The notes beneath the pieces are model-generated. The model was not told the DNA's origin. It did not search any database and saw nothing but the letters and a program-made list of their open reading frames with translations. From contig CBDEUK010000002.1 in assembly GCA_965243205.1 (NCBI GenBank), positions 1,600,001 through 1,664,000 of the forward strand: a stretch of 64,000 nucleotides of DNA. Direction: 5' to 3'. Within the stretch, counting starts at the first letter, position 1. Each line of letters starts with the position of its first letter. The translations under genes were made by a program, and so were the position numbers. This DNA comes from Gammaproteobacteria bacterium. Its GTDB lineage: Bacteria > Pseudomonadota > Gammaproteobacteria > Eutrophobiales > Eutrophobiaceae. This document shows, piece after piece, positions 19,073-29,776 of the stretch.

Positions 19073-20356
19073 TTAGTTTTTATGATGATTTAACGCTTTA
19101 TTACCAATATCCTTACGATAAAACATACCTTGCCATTCAATGTTGCCTACTGCTTTATACGCTTTATCTTGAGCTTCTTTAACGGTATTTCCTAAAGCTG
19201 TCACACATAAAACTCTTCCGCCATTGGTGAATACTTGATTATTTTCTAACTTCGTACCCGCATGAAAGACTTTCACTGATTCATCAAGTGCTTTATCTAA
19301 ACCCTGTATTTTTAGGCCTTTTTTAACACCACCAGGATATCCTTCTGCAGCTAACACAACACCTAACGCAACTCTATCATCCCAATTCACTTGTTGTGAT
19401 AATTTCCCTTCACAAGCTGATAAACATAAATTAACTAAATCACTTTGCATACGAAACAAAATAGGTTGTGTTTCTGGATCACCAAAACGACAGTTATATT
19501 CTAAAACCTTTGCTTTTCCTGATTCAGTAATCATTAAACCCGCGTATAAAAAGCCAGTATAGGGCATGCCATCTTTTGCCATCGCTTCTATGGTCGGTGT
19601 AATCACTTCATCCATAACTTTTTGGTGCATAGACTCAGTAACGATTGGAGCAGGAGAATAAGCGCCCATACCTCCTGTGTTAGGACCGGTATCACCTTCA
19701 TCCCGTGCTTTATGATCTTGAGAGCTTGCTAATGGTAAAATATTGTTCCCATCTGACATCACAATAAAACTGGCTTCTTCACCTACCAAGAACTCTTCAA
19801 TCACCACTCGATGACCTGCTTCACCAAATTTATTAGCCGATAACATATCTTCAACCGCAGCATTTGCCTCTTCAATTGATTGGGCTATTACCACGCCCTT
19901 ACCAGCAGCAAGGCCATCAGCTTTTATAACAATTGGTACACCTTGTTGTTGAATATAAGATTTGGCTAGTTCTATGTCGGTAAAGCTTTCATAGCTTGCC
20001 GTTGGAATATTGTGACGTTTAAGAAAATCTTTACAGAAAGTTTTCGAACCTTCTAATTGTGCGGCTAATTTTGTTGGGCCAAAACAAGCAAGATTTTCGT
20101 TATTAAATGCATCGACTATTCCTGCCACTAAAGGTGCTTCAGGACCTATGATGGTTAATTCAATAGATTCTCTTTTTGCAAAAGTAATTAAGCCTTGAAT
20201 ATCTTCTGCTGAGATATCGATATTTATAACTTTACTTTCTGTTGCAGTACCTGCATTACCAGGCGCAACATAAACTAATTCAACTTGCTCAGATTGTGCA
20301 GCCTTCCATGCCATAGCATGTTCACGACCGCCACCGCCGACGATTAGTACTTTCAT
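19073..20356 (-). CDS. purD: Phosphoribosylamine--glycine ligase
   Basis: GGGGREHA, KADGLAAGKGV, GPNTGGMGAYSP, EYNCRFGDPETQ. Confidence 0.97.
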   Translation of the reverse strand: MKVLIVGGGGREHAMAWKAAQSEQVELVYVAPGNAGTATESKVINIDISAEDIQGLITFAKRESIELTIIGPEAPLVAGIVDAFNNENLACFGPTKLAAQLEGSKTFCKDFLKRHNIPTASYESFTDIELAKSYIQQQGVPIVIKADGLAAGKGVVIAQSIEEANAAVEDMLSANKFGEAGHRVVIEEFLVGEEASFIVMSDGNNILPLASSQDHKARDEGDTGPNTGGMGAYSPAPIVTESMHQKVMDEVITPTIEAMAKDGMPYTGFLYAGLMITESGKAKVLEYNCRFGDPETQPILFRMQSDLVNLCLSACEGKLSQQVNWDDRVALGVVLAAEGYPGGVKKGLKIQGLDKALDESVKVFHAGTKLENNQVFTNGGRVLCVTALGNTVKEAQDKAYKAVGNIEWQGMFYRKDIGNKALNHHKN

Positions 20357-20393
20357 GAAATAATTTTGTTAGTGTTGATTAGAAATTAATTTA

Positions 20394-21956
20394 TCAATGC
20401 AGAAAATGACGCATACCAGTAAATACCATCGCCATACCATGCTCATCAGCCGCGGCTATCACTTCTTCATCTCGCATTGAGCCGCCCGGTTGTATCACCG
20501 CTTTAATACCAGCCTCTGCTGCGGAATCTATACCATCACGAAACGGAAAAAATGCATCGGACGCCATTACTGAACCACTGACGGTTAAGCCCTCATCCTT
20601 AGCCTTAATACCTGCTATTTTGGCACTATATACTCGGCTCATTTGCCCTGCGCCTATTCCGATTGTTTGTTTGTCCTTAGCATAAACAATAGCATTGGAC
20701 TTGACATGCTTCGCCACTCGCCAAGCAAACAATAGATCTTCCAGTTCAGTACTAGAAGGTTGGCGTTTCGTAACTACTTTTAGATCTTGAGCAGTAATCA
20801 CACCTATATCATTTTCTTGAATGAGTAATCCACCACTGACGCGTTTTAAATTCATCTGTTGATTTTGCTGACTTGCTTTACCTGTTACTAATACTCTTAC
20901 AGATTGTTTTGCTTTTAATGCCTCTATGGCTTGTTCAGAAATCATTGGCGCCACAATCACTTCAACAAACTGTTGTTCGATAATTTTTTCTGCCGTTGCT
21001 TGATCCAATGTTTGATTAAACGCAATGATTCCACCAAAAGCCGATGTTGGATCGGTTTGATACGCACTTAAATACGCCTCTAATGGTGTTTCACCCTCAG
21101 CGACACCACATGGATTAGCATGTTTTACTATCACGCAGGCAGTTGTATCAAACGCCTGTACACACGTTAAAGCTGCATCGGTATCAGCAATATTGTTGTA
21201 TGAAAGTGCTTTGCCTTGAACTTGAGTCGCATGAGCTAAGGTTCCAACAACAGGATTAGCTTCGCGATAAAAAGCCGCTGATTGATGTGGGTTTTCACCA
21301 TAGCGTAAATCTTGCAATTTATGAAACTGGCTACTGAAGGTTAAAGGAAATTGATTATGATTTGCTTCACTATCCAAACTACCAAGATAATTCGCGATTG
21401 TTGAATCGTAGTTTGCTGTGTGTGCAAAGGTTTTTTGCGCTAAATAAAAACGGGTTTTATCAGACAAAGTTGAATTATTGTTTTTTAACTCATTTAAAAT
21501 GGTTAAGTAATCTTGGTTATCAACTACGACACCTACATATTTATGATTCTTTGCAGAAGAGCGCAACATTGCAGGGCCACCGATATCGATATTTTCAATG
21601 GCATCTTCAAAACTGCAATCAGGTTTAGCAATCGTTTGTTCAAAGGGATACAAATTAACAACAACTAAACCAATAGGCTCAATGTCATTATCTTGCATTA
21701 CCTGTTGATCGATATCTAAACGACCTAATAATCCACCATGAATTTTAGGATGTAAGGTCTTAACGCGACCATCCATGATTTCAGGAAAACCAGTGTGCTC
21801 TGAAACTTCTGTAACCGATATATTATTTTCAGCTAATAACTTTGCCGTACCACCCGTCGATAAAATGCTAATGCCTAATTTCGCCAAGCCTTGGCAAAAT
21901 TCGACCACACCCGTTTTATCGGAAACACTGACTAATGCGCGCTTAATGGTATGCAC
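20394..21956 (-). CDS. purH: AICAR formyltransferase/IMP cyclohydrolase
   Basis: [39 protein letters not shown]-terminal GMRHFLH. Confidence 0.97.
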   Translation of the reverse strand: MHTIKRALVSVSDKTGVVEFCQGLAKLGISILSTGGTAKLLAENNISVTEVSEHTGFPEIMDGRVKTLHPKIHGGLLGRLDIDQQVMQDNDIEPIGLVVVNLYPFEQTIAKPDCSFEDAIENIDIGGPAMLRSSAKNHKYVGVVVDNQDYLTILNELKNNNSTLSDKTRFYLAQKTFAHTANYDSTIANYLGSLDSEANHNQFPLTFSSQFHKLQDLRYGENPHQSAAFYREANPVVGTLAHATQVQGKALSYNNIADTDAALTCVQAFDTTACVIVKHANPCGVAEGETPLEAYLSAYQTDPTSAFGGIIAFNQTLDQATAEKIIEQQFVEVIVAPMISEQAIEALKAKQSVRVLVTGKASQQNQQMNLKRVSGGLLIQENDIGVITAQDLKVVTKRQPSSTELEDLLFAWRVAKHVKSNAIVYAKDKQTIGIGAGQMSRVYSAKIAGIKAKDEGLTVSGSVMASDAFFPFRDGIDSAAEAGIKAVIQPGGSMRDEEVIAAADEHGMAMVFTGMRHFLH

Positions 21957-22002
21957 AGTGATTAACTATACAAAAAATATTGATTGGTTATTTCTAAAAA
22001 TA

Positions 22003-22290
22003 TTACGCCTTTTCCAGGCCATATTTCTTTAAGCGTGTTCGCAGAGTTCCTCGGTTTAAACCGAGAACCTTTGACGCTTTGGTCATGTTACCGCGAGTAT
22101 GCCTCATCACAGCTTCCATTAACGGCTTTTCAACTTGGCTTAATACCAAGTCATATAGGTTTGAAGTTTCATGCTCCCCAAGATCATTGAAATAATTTTC
22201 CAACGCATCACGTACGCAATCACTGATTGGCTGTTTCGCCATTGAATGATTCGGTATTGAATCAGGATCAATTGTATTATTCGATGTCAT
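22003..22290 (-). CDS. fis: DNA-binding protein Fis
   Basis: LYDLVLSQVEKPL, GNMTKASKVLGLNRGTLRTRLKKY; overlaps dusB stop. Confidence 0.93.
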   Translation of the reverse strand: MTSNNTIDPDSIPNHSMAKQPISDCVRDALENYFNDLGEHETSNLYDLVLSQVEKPLMEAVMRHTRGNMTKASKVLGLNRGTLRTRLKKYGLEKA

Positions 22291-23270
22291 GCTGCTAATT
22301 CTTGTTTTAATGTGCTTCGAAAAAAATTGGTAATTATACGAGTTTGTTCTTCCGTCGTTTCTGCTTTGTTCACCATTGCAGTGAAAGCCTTACTATCCTT
22401 CAAGCTTTTACAATACCAGTTAATGTGCTTTCGCGCTATACGAATTCCACTATATTCTCCGTAAAATTCATATAAATTTTTTATATGATTTAATAAAGTG
22501 TTGAGTCTTTCTTCAACAGATGGTAACGCCAACTTTTCACCCGTTTTAAGATAATGATGGATCTCACGGAATATCCAAGGGTTTCCTTGTGCAGCTCTAC
22601 CAATCATTAAGCCATCAACGTTTGTTGTTGACAAAACACTCTTGGCTTGTTCAACCGTAGTGATATCACCATTAGCGATAACAGGGATATTTATTTGTGA
22701 TTTTATTTCAGCAACAGTGTTATGTTCAGCATGGCCTTTAAAGGCACAGGCTCTAGTTCGACCATGAACAGTAAGCGCTTGTATACCACTAGCTTCAGCA
22801 ATTTTTGCAATGCTTAATGCATTTTTATTCTCTGTGTTCCAACCTGTACGAATTTTTAAAGTAACGGGAACATCAACAGCTGTTACAACGGCACTCAAAA
22901 TATCCTTAACCAAAGTTTCATTTTGCATCAATGCAGAGCCCGCCATCACATTACATACCTTCTTAGCAGGACAACCCATATTGATATCAATGATTTGTGC
23001 ACCATGTTCAACATTAAACTTGGCGGCTTCTGCCATCATATAGGGATCTGCACCAGCGATTTGTACAGAAATTGGATCTGGCTCACCGGAATGATCCATT
23101 CGTAGCTGCGTTTTTTTAGAATTCCATAATTCAGGTTTCGAAGTCACCATTTCTGAAACCGTCATGCCTGCACCCAGTTGACGACACAATATACGAAATG
23201 GTCTATCTGTTACGCCAGCCATCGGCGCCAGAATTAAATTGTTAGGAAGTGTATATGGCCCAATATTCAT
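22287..23270 (-). CDS. dusB: tRNA dihydrouridine synthase B
   Basis: LAPMAGVTDRPFR, DINMGCPAKKV, VHGRTR, GRAAQGNPW. Confidence 0.96.
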   Translation of the reverse strand: MNIGPYTLPNNLILAPMAGVTDRPFRILCRQLGAGMTVSEMVTSKPELWNSKKTQLRMDHSGEPDPISVQIAGADPYMMAEAAKFNVEHGAQIIDINMGCPAKKVCNVMAGSALMQNETLVKDILSAVVTAVDVPVTLKIRTGWNTENKNALSIAKIAEASGIQALTVHGRTRACAFKGHAEHNTVAEIKSQINIPVIANGDITTVEQAKSVLSTTNVDGLMIGRAAQGNPWIFREIHHYLKTGEKLALPSVEERLNTLLNHIKNLYEFYGEYSGIRIARKHINWYCKSLKDSKAFTAMVNKAETTEEQTRIITNFFRSTLKQELAA

Positions 23271-23271
23271 T

Positions 23272-23307
23272 TTATCTTCTGACCCTAATCAGTAGGGTCG
23301 AAGATAA
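23272..23307 (-). promoter_or_regulatory. Long hairpin covering the dusB translation initiation region
   Basis: TTATCTTC(T)GACCCTA-ATCAG-TAGGGTCGAAGATAA: 15-bp stem with one bulge, ending 1 nt before the dusB ATG. Confidence 0.55.
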
Positions 23308-23358
23308 TAATCCTAATATTTAACAAAATAAATACAGAAATAAAAATATTTAACTCAT

Positions 23359-24750
23359 CTAGTCAGGATGTGGAATACGATTATAAGCATCAAGTGCAGC
23401 TACTTTATAAGCTTCAGCTAGAGTTGGATAATTAAAAACCGTTTGCACAAAATAATCTAAAGTACCCCCCAAAGATAAAACGGCTTGTCCAATATGAATT
23501 AGCTCGGTTGAGCCTTCGCCAACGATATGTACACCTAATAATTTTCTATCCTCTAGGCTAAATAACATTTTTAAAACACCTTCACGCAATCCTAGAATTT
23601 GTCCGCGTGCGGTTTCACGAATACGGGCAACACCAACTTCATAGGCAACCCCTTTCGCCTTGGCTTCTTGTTCAGTCATGCCGACCATACTCATTTCAGG
23701 AACTGAATAAATGCCAATAGGAAAAAATTCAACATTGCTCTCTGCTTTTGCATTAAACGCATGACAAGCGGCATGTCGACCTTGCTCCATTGATGTAGAA
23801 GCAAGTGAAGGAAAGCCAATCACATCACCAGCAGCATAGATATGCTCAACTTCAGTTTGATAATGTTCATTCACCGTGATGCGACCTCTTGAATCCGTTT
23901 CTAAGCCAACTGCTTCCAATCCTAGATGTTGAGTGCAACCCTGACGTCCTGCTGCAAATAGAGCTAAGTCAGCAACTACTTGCTTACCTGAAGCCATTTT
24001 TACTCTTGCCTTGCCATTGACCGATTCAATCTCGGTCACTTCTTCACCAAGCCGAACATTCACATCACGATCACGTAAGTTATAGATAAATTCATCGATG
24101 ATCTCTTTGTCCATAAAGTCCATCATACTGTCACGACCATCTAATAATGTAGTTTGAATATCAAGAGCATTAAAAATAGAAGCATACTCAGCTCCAATCA
24201 CTCCAGCTCCAACTACGATTAAGCTTCTCGGTAAGTTATCGACTTCTAATATATGATCACTGTCGATAATCGTTTTGCCATCGAACGGAATATGATCCGG
24301 ATGTGCTGGTGTCGTACCTGTAGCAATAAGGAATTTATCCGCGGAAATTCTTGATACTTCATCCGCTTCAGTGGTCAGCAATAATGTGTTTGAGTCGACA
24401 AATTTTGCAGTTCCAGCCAATACATCAACTCGATTACGGTAGAGTTGGTGTTGTAAAACCTCGACTTGTTGACGAATGGTCATATTTAAGCGCTGGGTTA
24501 AATCTTCGGCGGTGATGTTTTCTTTGACGCGATATGAACGTCCATAAAACCCTCGCTGCCGCCAACCACTTAAATAAAGAACCGCTTCTCGTAAAGTTTT
24601 ACTCGGGATAGTTCCACTGTGGAGAGAAACACCCCCTATGACAAGGTTTTTATCAATAATTACCGTTTTTTTACCCAATTTAGCGGCTTGTACTGCTGCA
24701 CGCTGTCCTGCAGGACCACTACCGATTACGGCCAAATCATATTGTTTCAT
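23359..24750 (-). CDS. sthA: Soluble (Si-specific) pyridine nucleotide transhydrogenase
   Basis: GSGPAG, GGVSLHSGTIPSKTLRE (no redox Cys pair), GFPSLASTSMEQGR, FNYPTLAEAYKVAA; start reset to ATG 24750 with GAGGA SD. Confidence 0.94.
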   Translation of the reverse strand: MKQYDLAVIGSGPAGQRAAVQAAKLGKKTVIIDKNLVIGGVSLHSGTIPSKTLREAVLYLSGWRQRGFYGRSYRVKENITAEDLTQRLNMTIRQQVEVLQHQLYRNRVDVLAGTAKFVDSNTLLLTTEADEVSRISADKFLIATGTTPAHPDHIPFDGKTIIDSDHILEVDNLPRSLIVVGAGVIGAEYASIFNALDIQTTLLDGRDSMMDFMDKEIIDEFIYNLRDRDVNVRLGEEVTEIESVNGKARVKMASGKQVVADLALFAAGRQGCTQHLGLEAVGLETDSRGRITVNEHYQTEVEHIYAAGDVIGFPSLASTSMEQGRHAACHAFNAKAESNVEFFPIGIYSVPEMSMVGMTEQEAKAKGVAYEVGVARIRETARGQILGLREGVLKMLFSLEDRKLLGVHIVGEGSTELIHIGQAVLSLGGTLDYFVQTVFNYPTLAEAYKVAALDAYNRIPHPD

Positions 24751-24879
24751 ACTATCCTCGTCACAGAATGCCATTAAACAGAAATATGGAAAGATACTTG
24801 CTAAAGTTATCGTATATAAACTTATTCACTTTAAAGAAATCCAATACCACATTAATAACAAGCAATCGTTTTTATTTTC

Positions 24880-25824
24880 ATGAATCAAATCGAACAAATT
24901 TCTCTCGCTGATAGTATTTCACTGCTAGATTCTGCCATTGAGCAATTGAATCAAATCATTTTAGGCAAAGACCAAGCGATACGTTTAGCTATGACTTGCT
25001 TAATTGCCAATGGCCACTTACTCATTGAAGATTTACCAGGTGTCGGCAAAACTACTCTCGCGCATAGTTTGGCTAAAATAATTGGACTTAAGTATCAACG
25101 CGTTCAATTTACCAGCGATTTATTACCCGCCGATATCATCGGCGTTTCTATTTATAGTCGAGAGCAAGAACTATTCCATTTTCATCCTGGACCAATTTTC
25201 AGTGAAGTTTTCTTAGCCGATGAAATCAATCGCGCCACACCAAGAACACAAAGCGCCTTGCTCGAAGCAATGGAAGAAAACCAGGTCAGTGTAGAAAACG
25301 AAACACATAAACTTCCTAAACCATTTTTTGTTATTGCAACTCAGAACCCGAGCGAACAAATTGGCACCTTTGCATTACCTGAATCGCAGTTGGATCGATT
25401 TCTTATGCGAATATCGCTAGGTTATCCAGACTATAAAGCCGAACGCGATTTATTGATGGGAAAAGATAGAAGAGAAATAATCGATCATTTAAAACCATCC
25501 ATTAACCCTCTGCATTTAAAAGCAATCCAATCGCAAGTGGAAGACATACATTGTTCTGCAGCTTTAGTGGATTATGTACAAGATTTAATTGCCCATAGTC
25601 GAAACATGGAACAAACCGCAAATGGCTTATCTCCTCGGGCAGGCATATCACTTATACGTTGTGCTAAAGCCTGGGCATTACTACATGGTAATGATCATGT
25701 ATTACCAGAACATGTACAGGCAATATTTCCTTCAGTAACGAATCATCGTTTGGGTAATAAATATCAAATCGATCAAGATGATTCGATTGCAGCTGAAATC
25801 TTAAAACAAGTAGCAATACCATAA
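24880..25824 (+). CDS. MoxR family AAA+ ATPase
   Basis: GHLLIEDLPGVGKT, QFTSDLLPAD, LADEINRATPRTQSALLEAMEE, ATQNP, LPESQLDRF. Confidence 0.94.
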   Translation: MNQIEQISLADSISLLDSAIEQLNQIILGKDQAIRLAMTCLIANGHLLIEDLPGVGKTTLAHSLAKIIGLKYQRVQFTSDLLPADIIGVSIYSREQELFHFHPGPIFSEVFLADEINRATPRTQSALLEAMEENQVSVENETHKLPKPFFVIATQNPSEQIGTFALPESQLDRFLMRISLGYPDYKAERDLLMGKDRREIIDHLKPSINPLHLKAIQSQVEDIHCSAALVDYVQDLIAHSRNMEQTANGLSPRAGISLIRCAKAWALLHGNDHVLPEHVQAIFPSVTNHRLGNKYQIDQDDSIAAEILKQVAIP

Positions 25825-25829
25825 GCTAA

Positions 25830-26804
25830 ATGACTAACAGTATTTTACTTGAACGCAGATTTACTCTAAACGGTGTTCAAGACTTCAAAGAAATACAGCG
25901 CCGTAGAATTTTTATTCTACCAACCCGGAATGGTATTTTATTTGGTTCTATGCTCTTAGTATTATTAATTGGCGCCATTAATTATGATAATAATTTAGCT
26001 TATTCATTAACGTTTTTATTAAGCAGTCTAACATTGGTTGCGATTTTTTATACCTATAAAAATCTGGCCGGTTTAATTATTACTCCAACAGAACCTAAGC
26101 CTGTCTTCTTAGGCGAAACTATACGCTTTCCTTTTAAAACTGATAATCTTTTTCAAGAACATCGCTACTCGATCATTACTAAAAACCAAATCAAATCCGA
26201 TCGTTGGTTTAGACTTGCAAAAACAATCAGCGTTAATAAACCAGTCGACATCAGGAAAAACAGTGTAAGCATTTTATTTATTGAACAAGACTCCACTCGA
26301 CGAGGCATAGAAACACTCAATCGTTTAAAACTTTCCACTATATTTCCTCTGGGTTTATTTGAAGCATGGTCTTTTTATGATTTTAATGAATCATGCATTG
26401 TCTACCCAAGAGCAGAAGGAGATTTACCTTTTCCAGTTGAATTTTTAAACGATCTTGATGGCAGTATTAAAACCAAAGAAGGAAACGATGATTTCATTGG
26501 CACTAGAAAGTATCGTTCTGGTGACCCTAGTAAAAGAATAGACTGGAAAGCATATGCACGCGAGCGGGGTTTACATAGAAAATTGTATGAGGGTCAATCG
26601 AATTGCGAATTGATTTTTAACCTACAACAAGTAGCAGAATTAAATGATATTGAAAAGGGCTTGTCTCAATTATGTAAATGGTTAATAGAGGCTGATGCCA
26701 ATCAATATAAATATGGTTTGCAATTAAATAATCAATTGATTGAGCCTAATCAGGGCTATAAACACCTTCACCAATGCTTACGTTGTTTGGCTTTATATGC
26801 TTAA
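25830..26804 (+). CDS. DUF58 domain membrane protein
   Basis: RRIFILPT, GAINYDNNLAY, FPLGLF, YRSGDP..RIDWKAYAR; between MoxR and transglutaminase. Confidence 0.9.
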   Translation: MTNSILLERRFTLNGVQDFKEIQRRRIFILPTRNGILFGSMLLVLLIGAINYDNNLAYSLTFLLSSLTLVAIFYTYKNLAGLIITPTEPKPVFLGETIRFPFKTDNLFQEHRYSIITKNQIKSDRWFRLAKTISVNKPVDIRKNSVSILFIEQDSTRRGIETLNRLKLSTIFPLGLFEAWSFYDFNESCIVYPRAEGDLPFPVEFLNDLDGSIKTKEGNDDFIGTRKYRSGDPSKRIDWKAYARERGLHRKLYEGQSNCELIFNLQQVAELNDIEKGLSQLCKWLIEADANQYKYGLQLNNQLIEPNQGYKHLHQCLRCLALYA

Positions 26805-28809
26805 TACTGACTCTAAACGATTATTAGATTCTTATGAGCTATTTTGGATTGCCGTTTCTGTAGTCTTCGTTGTAACACCGCATATATTACGAGTACCTAT
26901 TTGGATTAGTATCACTTTTTTTACCTTAATGATCTGGCGATTAACAGGCAGTATTTTCAGTTGGTCTCTACCTAAAAAGAATCATTGGTGGTTTCGAATT
27001 GCTGTTAGCTTATTGGCCTTCGCTTGTTTATTCGGTATTTTCATCAGCTATCATAATATCGTTGGACGTGACCCTGGAGTTGCATTACTGGTAGTCTTGG
27101 CTTCATTTAAATTATTGGAAGCACGAACCGAACGTGATGCCTATATCTTAATTTGTGTTGGCTATATATTAATCATCACTAATTTCTTTTTTGATGAATC
27201 CATATTCATTGCAATTTTTATGTTAATCGCAACAACTATATTAACGTCTTGTTTTATTGTGCTAAATGATCGTAATCGAAATTTATCAACTAAAAAAACA
27301 CTACAATTATCATCATCGTTATTATTATTCTCCATCCCAGTAATGATCGTTTTATTTGTTTTTTTTCCACGTGTTGCAGGGCCGCTTTGGAAAATGCCTC
27401 AAGATACCCATTCAGCAAAAACTGGTATTAGCGATAAAATGTCGCCTGGATCGATTAGTCGCTTATCACAATCAAATGCACTAGCGTTTCGTATCGAATT
27501 TTTGGATGGGATCCCTAGTAATGAAAACTTATACTGGCGTGGCCCTGTACTATGGCACACAGATGGACGAACTTGGTCTCGTGATCAAGCTATTGCAAAA
27601 TCAAAAATGGTAAACGACTTAAAATCTGAAAAAATTACAAATTACTACATTACATTAGAAGCTACAAATAAACCCTGGTTATATGCTTTAGATACGGTTG
27701 TAAAATCCAATTCAGGTATTATTACTCAAGATGCTCAACTGATAACATCCAAACCGATTTTAAAACGAAAACGCTATAGAGCTAGCTCATCAACGCAACT
27801 TAGTATTGTTGAAACCAACGAGGAAATGTTAAATAAAGCGCTACAGCTACCTGAAAAAAGTCATCCCAAAACCAAAGCACTTGCTAATTCATGGATAGAA
27901 ACTGGCTTGAGTAAAAAACAAATTATCAATCGTGCTTTATCCATATTTTCTGAACAAGCTTTTTATTACACCTTACAACCACCTTTACTAAATCAAGATC
28001 CGGTCGATGAATTTTTATTTGATACCAAACAAGGTTTCTGTGAACACTACGCTTCTGCGTTTGTTGTCTTAATGCGTGCGGCTGGAATCCCAGCGCGAAT
28101 AGTGACTGGCTATCAAGGAGCGACAAAAAACCCAATGGGCAATCATTACAATGTTTATCAACGCGATGCCCATGCCTGGGCCGAAGTCTATTTTTCAGAA
28201 CAAGGTTGGATAAGAATTGATCCAACTTCCGCTGTTGCTCCAGAACGAGTAATGCAAGGAATTGAAGAAACGTTTCCTGATGCATTAAACGATGGCCTCT
28301 TTACATTCGATGAAAATTCACTTACCAACAATTTATTACGTAGATTTCGCTATAGTTGGGACATGGTTAATTATCGTTGGAATACTTGGGTCTTAAGTTA
28401 TAACGATGAACGGCAATTACAATTACTTAATCAATTGGGTATTAAAGAATTTAATCTAAATGCGCTGATTACATTGATTGGAGGGTTGTTTCTAGGTTTA
28501 ATCATCACATTAATGTTTATTGCCTTATTTTTATTTCGCAGCTCATTATCTCATGCTGATGCTGCTTCAAAATATTATTATTTATTTTGTCAAAAAATAT
28601 CAAAGCTTGGTTTTACTAAACTTAATAACGAAGGACCTCATGATTTTTCAGAAAGAATTAAAAAACAACTTCCCGAGCTTAGTAATGTACTTGATGAAAT
28701 CACATTACTTTACACAAATATTCGTTATAACTCAGATGAGACCAATCTTTCTTTATTAAAACAAAAAGTAAAACAATTTAACCCTAATTCGATAGTAAAA
28801 CTGGCATAA
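26797..28809 (+). CDS. TgpA-like membrane transglutaminase-domain protein (DUF3488 + TGase + DUF4129)
   Basis: N-terminal TM block, FPR..GPLW, TGISDKMSPGSI, YWRG, triad GFCEHYAS / DAHAWAE / IDPT; start reset to ATG 26797. Confidence 0.92.
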   Translation: MLNTDSKRLLDSYELFWIAVSVVFVVTPHILRVPIWISITFFTLMIWRLTGSIFSWSLPKKNHWWFRIAVSLLAFACLFGIFISYHNIVGRDPGVALLVVLASFKLLEARTERDAYILICVGYILIITNFFFDESIFIAIFMLIATTILTSCFIVLNDRNRNLSTKKTLQLSSSLLLFSIPVMIVLFVFFPRVAGPLWKMPQDTHSAKTGISDKMSPGSISRLSQSNALAFRIEFLDGIPSNENLYWRGPVLWHTDGRTWSRDQAIAKSKMVNDLKSEKITNYYITLEATNKPWLYALDTVVKSNSGIITQDAQLITSKPILKRKRYRASSSTQLSIVETNEEMLNKALQLPEKSHPKTKALANSWIETGLSKKQIINRALSIFSEQAFYYTLQPPLLNQDPVDEFLFDTKQGFCEHYASAFVVLMRAAGIPARIVTGYQGATKNPMGNHYNVYQRDAHAWAEVYFSEQGWIRIDPTSAVAPERVMQGIEETFPDALNDGLFTFDENSLTNNLLRRFRYSWDMVNYRWNTWVLSYNDERQLQLLNQLGIKEFNLNALITLIGGLFLGLIITLMFIALFLFRSSLSHADAASKYYYLFCQKISKLGFTKLNNEGPHDFSERIKKQLPELSNVLDEITLLYTNIRYNSDETNLSLLKQKVKQFNPNSIVKLA

Positions 28810-28813
28810 AACA

Positions 28814-29776
28814 ATGAACGAAAATACTCTTTCGACATTACAATCGAATAACCTACTTAAAAATTGCAGTGAACAAGAACTAAAATTACTAACTGAACAG
28901 TTTCCAACTGTCTCTATTCCAGGTGGTGGAATTCTATGTCAAGCTGGTGAAAAAAATCATAACTTATACTTAATTTTATCAGGTCGATTGAGAATTCATT
29001 TAGCAAATGATCGTACTAACCCCGTAGCAGTATTAGAGGCAGGAGAAAGTATTGGCGAAATTACGATTATTGATAAACAACCTTCATCAGCAACCATTAT
29101 TGCGGACTGTGACACAGATGTTCTTTTAATCACAGAATATCAAGCTTGGCATTTATTTGAAACACATCCAGTTATCGCGGTCAACCTATTACAATTACTC
29201 TCTAAACGATTGCAACAAGGCAATTCAATGTTTGGAAAGATAAAAGAACTTATGCGCGAATATGAATATAGCGCGATGGTCGATCCATTAACTAATCTAT
29301 ACAATCGTCGTTGGATGGATAATATGTTCCCAAGGATTATGCAACGAAGTTTATCAGCTCAACACAGTCTTGGAGCGATCATGCTTGATATTGATTACTT
29401 CAAAAAGTTTAACGATACACATGGCCATCTAGCAGGCGACCATGCATTACGCATTATTTCACACACTATTAGTCTTAATGTTCGCCCAGAAGATTTTGTT
29501 ATTCGTTATGGTGGTGAAGAGTTTTTTTTGTTACTACCAAACCAAAACTTAAATGCAACCCAAATAATTGCTGAACGTTTACGAGAAGCTATAAAAACTA
29601 CTGAAATCACTCAACTCAACGGCAATAGATTACCAAATCTTACAGCTTCAATAGGCATTAGTGAATTAATAGCAGACGATACAACAAAGACTTTTATTGA
29701 TCGAGCTGATAAAGCTTTATACAAAGCCAAGAACTCGGGTCGAGATCAGGTAAGCAATAGTATTCAGCCGTTTTAA
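28814..29776 (+). CDS. cNMP-binding-domain diguanylate cyclase
   Basis: N-terminal CAP-type domain (LYLILSG, GESIGE), DPLTNLYNRR, DIDYFKKFNDTHGH, I-site RPED, active-site GGEEF. Confidence 0.92.
   Translation: MNENTLSTLQSNNLLKNCSEQELKLLTEQFPTVSIPGGGILCQAGEKNHNLYLILSGRLRIHLANDRTNPVAVLEAGESIGEITIIDKQPSSATIIADCDTDVLLITEYQAWHLFETHPVIAVNLLQLLSKRLQQGNSMFGKIKELMREYEYSAMVDPLTNLYNRRWMDNMFPRIMQRSLSAQHSLGAIMLDIDYFKKFNDTHGHLAGDHALRIISHTISLNVRPEDFVIRYGGEEFFLLLPNQNLNATQIIAERLREAIKTTEITQLNGNRLPNLTASIGISELIADDTTKTFIDRADKALYKAKNSGRDQVSNSIQPF

Noticed and set aside
26740-26796. N-terminal extension of the transglutaminase ORF
   Set aside because: Lies inside the DUF58 gene; ATG 26797 gives a normal short overlap
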